Shown: piece by piece, positions 59,161 to 64,000 of the stretch | Layout: the number at the start of each line of letters is the position of its first letter | Position numbering within the stretch: position 1 is the stretch's first letter | Source: an uncultured Roseburia sp. | Lineage (GTDB): Bacteria > Bacillota > Clostridia > Lachnospirales > Lachnospiraceae | Length of the DNA: 64,000 nt | NCBI GenBank assembly: GCA_905193415.1 | Contig: CAJJOP010000011.1 | Span: forward strand, 1,877 to 65,876 | Direction: 5' to 3' | The notes under the pieces: model-generated | What the model was told of the DNA's origin: nothing | Database searches by the model: none | The model's input: only the letters and a program-made list of their open reading frames with translations | Made by a program: the position numbers and the translations under genes

Positions 59161-59482
59161 TATCATTTCAATCGTCTGTCTGTGTATCGGACTGTTCTTC
59201 TGCCTGACTACAACCATCGGTCTGTATCGCCTTCCGGACTTTTACAGTCGCTGCCATACAGCAGGAAACAGCGAAACAATGGCCATGCTCTTTATGTGTG
59301 TCGGCTTTATCATTCAGTCCGGTTTTACCATTTTATCCATTAAGATCGTAATCTTATTTTTAATTCTCTGTATCTGTAATCCGATCGGCAGCCATATCCT
59401 GGCGCGTTCCGCATATCAGATTGGATTCCCGATGGCAGGCATTTCCGGAAAGGAGGCTACTCATGCAGATTCTGATCATTGA
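59144..59482 (+). CDS. mnhG: Mrp/Mnh subunit G
   Basis: GLYRLPDFYSRCH, NPIGSHILAR. Confidence 0.9.
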   Translation: MLEIRDIISIVCLCIGLFFCLTTTIGLYRLPDFYSRCHTAGNSETMAMLFMCVGFIIQSGFTILSIKIVILFLILCICNPIGSHILARSAYQIGFPMAGISGKEATHADSDH

Positions 59483-60032
59483 AGCTGTGCTTCTGCTCTT
59501 TCTGATCCTGGTTACTCTAGCCGTCATCTTTAACCTGGATTTGTTTGCCTGCACGGTACTTTTCTGCGCATTCAGTTTCTGTGCTGTGCTGACCTATCTG
59601 ATCTTCGGTTCGCCGGACGTGGCCTTTACAGAGGCTGTAATCGGTACCATGTCCACTGTATTTTTTGCCATCGCGCTAAAGAAAGTAGACCGTACGTGCA
59701 GACCTGAACGAAATATCCGCAAATTCAAAGTGTTTACCTTTATCCTGCTGGCATTCATGACCGCCGCATTCTGCTTCTGCAGTAAATATCTCCCTGTTAT
59801 CGGAGATGCCAATGCGCCGGCAAATGCCCATGTGTCGGATTATTATATCGAACACTGCAAACATGATACCGGATCTGACAATATCGTATCCGGTACGCTG
59901 GCTGACTACCGTGGATTTGACACCCTGTTTGAAACATCTGTTATGTTCGTATCCGGTCTGGTCGTTACACTGATCCTGATTGATAAAAAACAGAAAAAAT
60001 CATCAAAAGAAAAAGGAGGAACCAACGAATGA
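59463..60032 (+). CDS. Mrp subunit B-related protein (DUF4040 plus MnhB-N)
   Basis: SPDVAFTEAVIG, NIVSGTLADYRGFDTLFE. Confidence 0.85.
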   Translation: MQILIIEAVLLLFLILVTLAVIFNLDLFACTVLFCAFSFCAVLTYLIFGSPDVAFTEAVIGTMSTVFFAIALKKVDRTCRPERNIRKFKVFTFILLAFMTAAFCFCSKYLPVIGDANAPANAHVSDYYIEHCKHDTGSDNIVSGTLADYRGFDTLFETSVMFVSGLVVTLILIDKKQKKSSKEKGGTNE

Positions 60033-60478
60033 AAAAACGTTTCGGCGGAACCATTCTAAACGTCTCTGTCCGTCTCATCGTGCCTTTTTCCATGATGTAT
60101 GCCGTCTATGTATTTGCAGCCGGAGAAAGCGGTCCCGGCGGCGGATTTCAGGCCGGTGCAGTACTTGCCCTCGGCATCATCTGCGCCCGTCTGGTCAAAG
60201 GAAAAGCCGCATCCTACCGGATCAAAGGCGCGCTTGCCGCATCTATTGCTGGTATCGGAGCATTCTTTTACTGTCTTATGGGATGGCTGACAATGCTGAA
60301 CGGCGGACAATTTCTGGAATACGGCTATCTGCCTTTTGCTCACATGGAATATGAAAAATTACACGAGGCCGGCATTTCCCTGATTGAAGCCGGCGTTACC
60401 GTCTGCGTTATGATGACCATCGTAGCGATCCTGGAGGCATTGCTGCGAGGAGAGGAGCGTAAAGAAAAAAATGATTGA
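60029..60478 (+). CDS. mnhB: Mrp/Mnh subunit B
   Basis: PGGGFQAG, IEAGV. Confidence 0.85.
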   Translation: MKKRFGGTILNVSVRLIVPFSMMYAVYVFAAGESGPGGGFQAGAVLALGIICARLVKGKAASYRIKGALAASIAGIGAFFYCLMGWLTMLNGGQFLEYGYLPFAHMEYEKLHEAGISLIEAGVTVCVMMTIVAILEALLRGEERKEKND

Positions 60479-60839
60479 TGCATTAAATAACTTTCTCGCC
60501 CAACGGGGCATCTACTGTCTGGTCTTCATTCTGTTTTTCCTTGGAATCTTCGGAATGATTACCTGTAAAAACTATATGAAGAAACTGATGTGCATGAATG
60601 TCATGCAGATCGCTGTTATCTTATTTTTCCTCTGTTTTGCCCAGAAGACCGGCGCACAGATCCCGGTACTGGATGGCATTCTCAAAGCGGCAAAGGATTA
60701 TATCAACCCGATTCCGCATGCTCTTATGCTGACTGCCATCGTAGTAAGTCTCGGCACAACAGGCGTGGCTCTGGCACTTCTGATGCGTCTGAAGGAAACC
60801 TTCGGTTCTGTAGAAGAAGATGATATCTTACGGAGGTAA
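60471..60839 (+). CDS. mnhC: Mrp/Mnh subunit C
   Basis: NYMKKL, NPIPHALMLTAIVV. Confidence 0.9.
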   Translation: MIDALNNFLAQRGIYCLVFILFFLGIFGMITCKNYMKKLMCMNVMQIAVILFFLCFAQKTGAQIPVLDGILKAAKDYINPIPHALMLTAIVVSLGTTGVALALLMRLKETFGSVEEDDILRR

Positions 60840-60847
60840 CCATACAT

Positions 60848-62344
60848 ATGAATCTGATACATCATCTGCCTGTGCTGCTGATCATCCTTCCCCTCTCTGC
60901 TTCCCTGCTGAGTCCGATCTTAAGCAAGCTGTGGAAACAACTGGGACGGATTCTCGTGATCGCATCACTGGCAGCATCCTTTTTATGCGCCATCGGGCTT
61001 CTCTGTCAGGTGCTGTCTGCTTCATCCGGACAGATCCATTACTATATGGGCAACTGGGAACCGCCTCTTGGTATCGAATTTGTGATTGACCCGTTAAATG
61101 CGCTTCTGGTGCTTTTTATTACATTTATCGCATTGTGCACTTCCGTTTACTGTGGGAATTTTCTCCAGAATAAACGCTGGATCCAGACCGGTGGATTTTT
61201 CACACTGATCGGTCTTCTGACTGTAGGATTGTGTGGTATGACCCTGACCGGCGACGTTTTCAACTTATACGTTTTCCTGGAAGTCGCTTCCATCTCCTGC
61301 TATGGTCTTGTGGCACTTGGCGGTGGAAAATCCATCCTTGCCGCATTCCGTTATCTGCTGGTAGGAACGGTGGGTGCTTCCTTTTACCTGATCGCAGTTG
61401 GAATTCTGTATTCCATGACAGGAACATTAAATATGGCCGATATGGCTTTACAGCTTCAGGGGCAGCTTGATTCTCCTCTGATGCTTCTCGTCTGTGCTTC
61501 CCTGGTAGCGGCATTTGGCATCAAAATGTCCATTTTCCCTTTCCATATCTGGCAGCCGGACGCATACTCCTTTACCCATCCCGGAGCTTCTCCACTGATC
61601 TCCGGCGCTATGAGTAAAGTGCCTGCATTTGCCATGATCCGCTTTTTCTTCTTCCTGTTCGGCATCCATCACTGGATCATTGACAATACGCTGCTGATCA
61701 TCGGAATCCTTGGCGCCGTTGGAATGATCATCGGCTCCATCATGGCGCTGACCCAGACGGATTTCCGCCGTATGCTGGCTTACTCCAGTATTGCTCAGCT
61801 TGGCTATATCGCCCTTGGCATCGGTATCGGAAATTATTACGGAGTAGCAGGCAGTTACCTGCACATCCTGAACCATATCTTTATGAAAGGCGGCCTGTTC
61901 TTTGTAATCGGAGCGATCCAGTACCGTTTTGGAATCGTGGATATCAGACAGTTCGGTCAGCTCCATAAGAAAATGCCTCTGACCTGTTTTACGCTGGTCA
62001 TTGCATCCCTTTCCATGATAGGAATCCCGCCTGCTGGTGGATTTTTCAGCAAATGGTATCTGATGCTTGGCGCTATGGAAAATCATGACATCGCATACGT
62101 CATCGTACTGATGGCAAGCTCACTGCTGAATGCCTTTTATTTCCTGCGTGTTCTGGAGCATATCTTTATCTCTCCGGCTTCCGGTTTGAAAGAAAAGAAT
62201 CCTCTTCCGAAACACGGCGAGCTTCCACTGACGATCCTGATCCCGGTGGCTGCTTTTGGTATCGGCATCCTTGCCATGGGATTTTTAAACAGTAATATCG
62301 TAACTCATATCATTCAGCCGACGTTACAGGGGGTATTCTCATGA
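60848..62344 (+). CDS. mnhD: Mrp/Mnh subunit D
   Basis: GNWEPPLGI, GDVFNLYVFLE, FPFHIWQPDAY, RRMLAYSS, NHIFMKG, GFFSKW. Confidence 0.9.
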   Translation: MNLIHHLPVLLIILPLSASLLSPILSKLWKQLGRILVIASLAASFLCAIGLLCQVLSASSGQIHYYMGNWEPPLGIEFVIDPLNALLVLFITFIALCTSVYCGNFLQNKRWIQTGGFFTLIGLLTVGLCGMTLTGDVFNLYVFLEVASISCYGLVALGGGKSILAAFRYLLVGTVGASFYLIAVGILYSMTGTLNMADMALQLQGQLDSPLMLLVCASLVAAFGIKMSIFPFHIWQPDAYSFTHPGASPLISGAMSKVPAFAMIRFFFFLFGIHHWIIDNTLLIIGILGAVGMIIGSIMALTQTDFRRMLAYSSIAQLGYIALGIGIGNYYGVAGSYLHILNHIFMKGGLFFVIGAIQYRFGIVDIRQFGQLHKKMPLTCFTLVIASLSMIGIPPAGGFFSKWYLMLGAMENHDIAYVIVLMASSLLNAFYFLRVLEHIFISPASGLKEKNPLPKHGELPLTILIPVAAFGIGILAMGFLNSNIVTHIIQPTLQGVFS

Positions 62345-63825
62345 TAATCACTGACATCCGGCCGTTACTGGTCGTGGCATTCCCTCTGATTGCCGCAATA
62401 CTAATCTTAAATTCCGGGAAACATCCGAACCTTCGGGAAGCTTTCAGCATCGGCGGAGCCCTCGCCTCTGTCATTCTGGTATTTTCCATGGTTCCCGATG
62501 TCCGCAGCGGAAAAGAATTTTCCTGGACGCTATGTAAGATCACAGACACGCTGAGCCTGACTCTGCGCACGGATCTCGCAGGCATCCTGTTTGCCTGTGT
62601 CTCCTCGTTTCTTTATCTGGTGGTCATCTTCTATGCCATCGGTTACATGCGGGGACATCATGAAAAAAATCAAACCGGATTTTATACTTTTTTTGCTATC
62701 TGCATCTGCTCCGCCTTCGGTATTGCATTTGCAGACAACCTGCTGACATTTTTTATCTTCTTTGAGATGCTGACCATCGCCACCTGGCCTCTGGTCTTCC
62801 ATGAGAGAAGCGCGCAGGCCAAATACTCCGGCCGTAAATATCTGATCTATACACTGATCCCGGGACAGATCTTTCTAGCCGGCATCATTGCAGTGTACTG
62901 TATCTGCGGTACGCTGACCTTTCAGCCGGGAGGGTTTTTACAAAACTACAATATTTCCCCGGGGATCCTGATGCTTGTATTCTTTATGCTGATCGGAGCC
63001 GGAGCCGTCAAAGCCGGTATGATGCCATTTCACGGCTGGCTGCCGTCTGCCATGGTTGCTCCTACCCCGGTCAGCGCCCTGCTGCATGCTGTAGCGGTTG
63101 TAAAAGCCGGCGCTTTTTGCTGCATCCGTATCATGTGCTACGTCTACGGGCCGACGCTTCTGGCTGATCTTCCTGCAAACCAGATTATGGGAATCATATC
63201 CGTATTTACCATCATCTGCGCTTCCCTGATCGCCCTTGGTCAGGACAACCTGAAACGCCGACTTGCTTATTCTACAGTCGGACAGCTGTCCTATGTGGTT
63301 CTTGGAACATCCATGTTATCTGCAGCCAGCCTGACCGGCGCCATGTTCCATATTGTGGCACATGCAGTCATGAAGATCACACTGTTTATGTGCGCAGGCG
63401 CCATCATCGTAACGACTCATAAAAATAATGTCAGCGAAATGCGGGGCATCGGACGGCAAATGCCGATCACGATGGGATGTTATACGATTGCCGCTCTCGG
63501 TATCGTAGGACTGCCGCTGACGGTAGGGTTCCAAAGTAAATGGAATCTGGCTCTGGGTGCGCTTTCCATCCATCAGCCGGTTTATATCGTAATCCTGCTG
63601 GTAAGCTCCATGCTCGGCATCGCCTACCTGCTTCCAGTCACTTATATTGCCTTTTTCAGCAAAAATGAATCCGGCGATTTTACCCGGTTTAAAGAGGCTG
63701 ATCTTCGGATGCTGATTCCTATCTGCATTACCGCAGTACTGGTCATCATCCTTGGAATGTTCCCGAACTTTGGTCTGCACCTGTTTGACATTGCAAAAAC
63801 AGCCGCAAACGCCATCATGCACTGA
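62341..63825 (+). CDS. Second MnhD/NuoL-like antiporter subunit
   Basis: PNLREA, FIFFE, PFHGWLPSAMVAPTPVSALLHAVAVVKAG, KRRLAYST. Confidence 0.9.
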   Translation: MIITDIRPLLVVAFPLIAAILILNSGKHPNLREAFSIGGALASVILVFSMVPDVRSGKEFSWTLCKITDTLSLTLRTDLAGILFACVSSFLYLVVIFYAIGYMRGHHEKNQTGFYTFFAICICSAFGIAFADNLLTFFIFFEMLTIATWPLVFHERSAQAKYSGRKYLIYTLIPGQIFLAGIIAVYCICGTLTFQPGGFLQNYNISPGILMLVFFMLIGAGAVKAGMMPFHGWLPSAMVAPTPVSALLHAVAVVKAGAFCCIRIMCYVYGPTLLADLPANQIMGIISVFTIICASLIALGQDNLKRRLAYSTVGQLSYVVLGTSMLSAASLTGAMFHIVAHAVMKITLFMCAGAIIVTTHKNNVSEMRGIGRQMPITMGCYTIAALGIVGLPLTVGFQSKWNLALGALSIHQPVYIVILLVSSMLGIAYLLPVTYIAFFSKNESGDFTRFKEADLRMLIPICITAVLVIILGMFPNFGLHLFDIAKTAANAIMH

Positions 63826-63842
63826 TGAGAGGAGATCATATT

Positions 63843-64000
63843 ATGAATCGTAAGAAAAAAACAGCCTATGGGATTATCCTGGGGATTCTGATCCTTTCCC
63901 TGATCCTTCAGCTGCTCATAAGCGGACCTCATGAGGTCGGTTTCTATATTCTGTTTGGTTTCGTGGGTGCCTGGATCCTGATCCTGGTATCTAAACGAAT
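63843..64000 (+). CDS. Small hydrophobic protein of the Mrp operon (3' end outside window)
   Basis: GAGGAG RBS; MNRKKKTAYGIILGILILSLILQLL...GFYILFGFVGAWILILVSK. Confidence 0.7.
   Translation, partial: MNRKKKTAYGIILGILILSLILQLLISGPHEVGFYILFGFVGAWILILVSKR

Overview
Chromosomal window from a spore-forming, Lachnospiraceae-like Firmicute (taxon inferred from gene content and promoter style). (1) 0.7-20.8 kb is an anaerobic catabolic locus: two tandem 6-oxocamphor-hydrolase-like crotonases, a BKACE/DUF849 enzyme, MFS, cupin, phosphotriesterase-like amidohydrolase, DUF1097, FAD oxidoreductase, two SDRs, a carnitine-dehydrogenase-family enzyme, thiolase, LysR and CoA-transferases. The family set resembles anaerobic phloroglucinol/triacetate degradation. 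A repeated GGTTAT-N11-ATAACC box links the transcription units. One of these promoters drives no ORF but a candidate ~120-nt sRNA (about 8650-8770, minus strand). Its first 28 nt are fully complementary (three G-U pairs) to the SD-sequestering arm of the neighbouring amidohydrolase mRNA leader, which looks like a natural toehold-type translational activation switch. (2) 22.7-27.1 kb is an AT-rich four-gene island (SpoVK/CbbX-like AAA+, WYL, uncharacterised protein, CX5R phosphatase), a candidate defence or DNA-stress system. (3) Housekeeping genes ilvE, ilvBN, folA and thyA, then a PucR/fucose-isomerase-like/SufE cassette. (4) Two inverted tRNA-Gly(GCC) cassettes, each followed by a conserved structured element, flank patatins, fdhD and a fructose PTS operon. 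(5) DUF134-NifX fusion, deoD, YitT and an Mrp/Mnh antiporter operon running off the right edge. All calls come from reading motifs by eye; no database search or folding computation was run.
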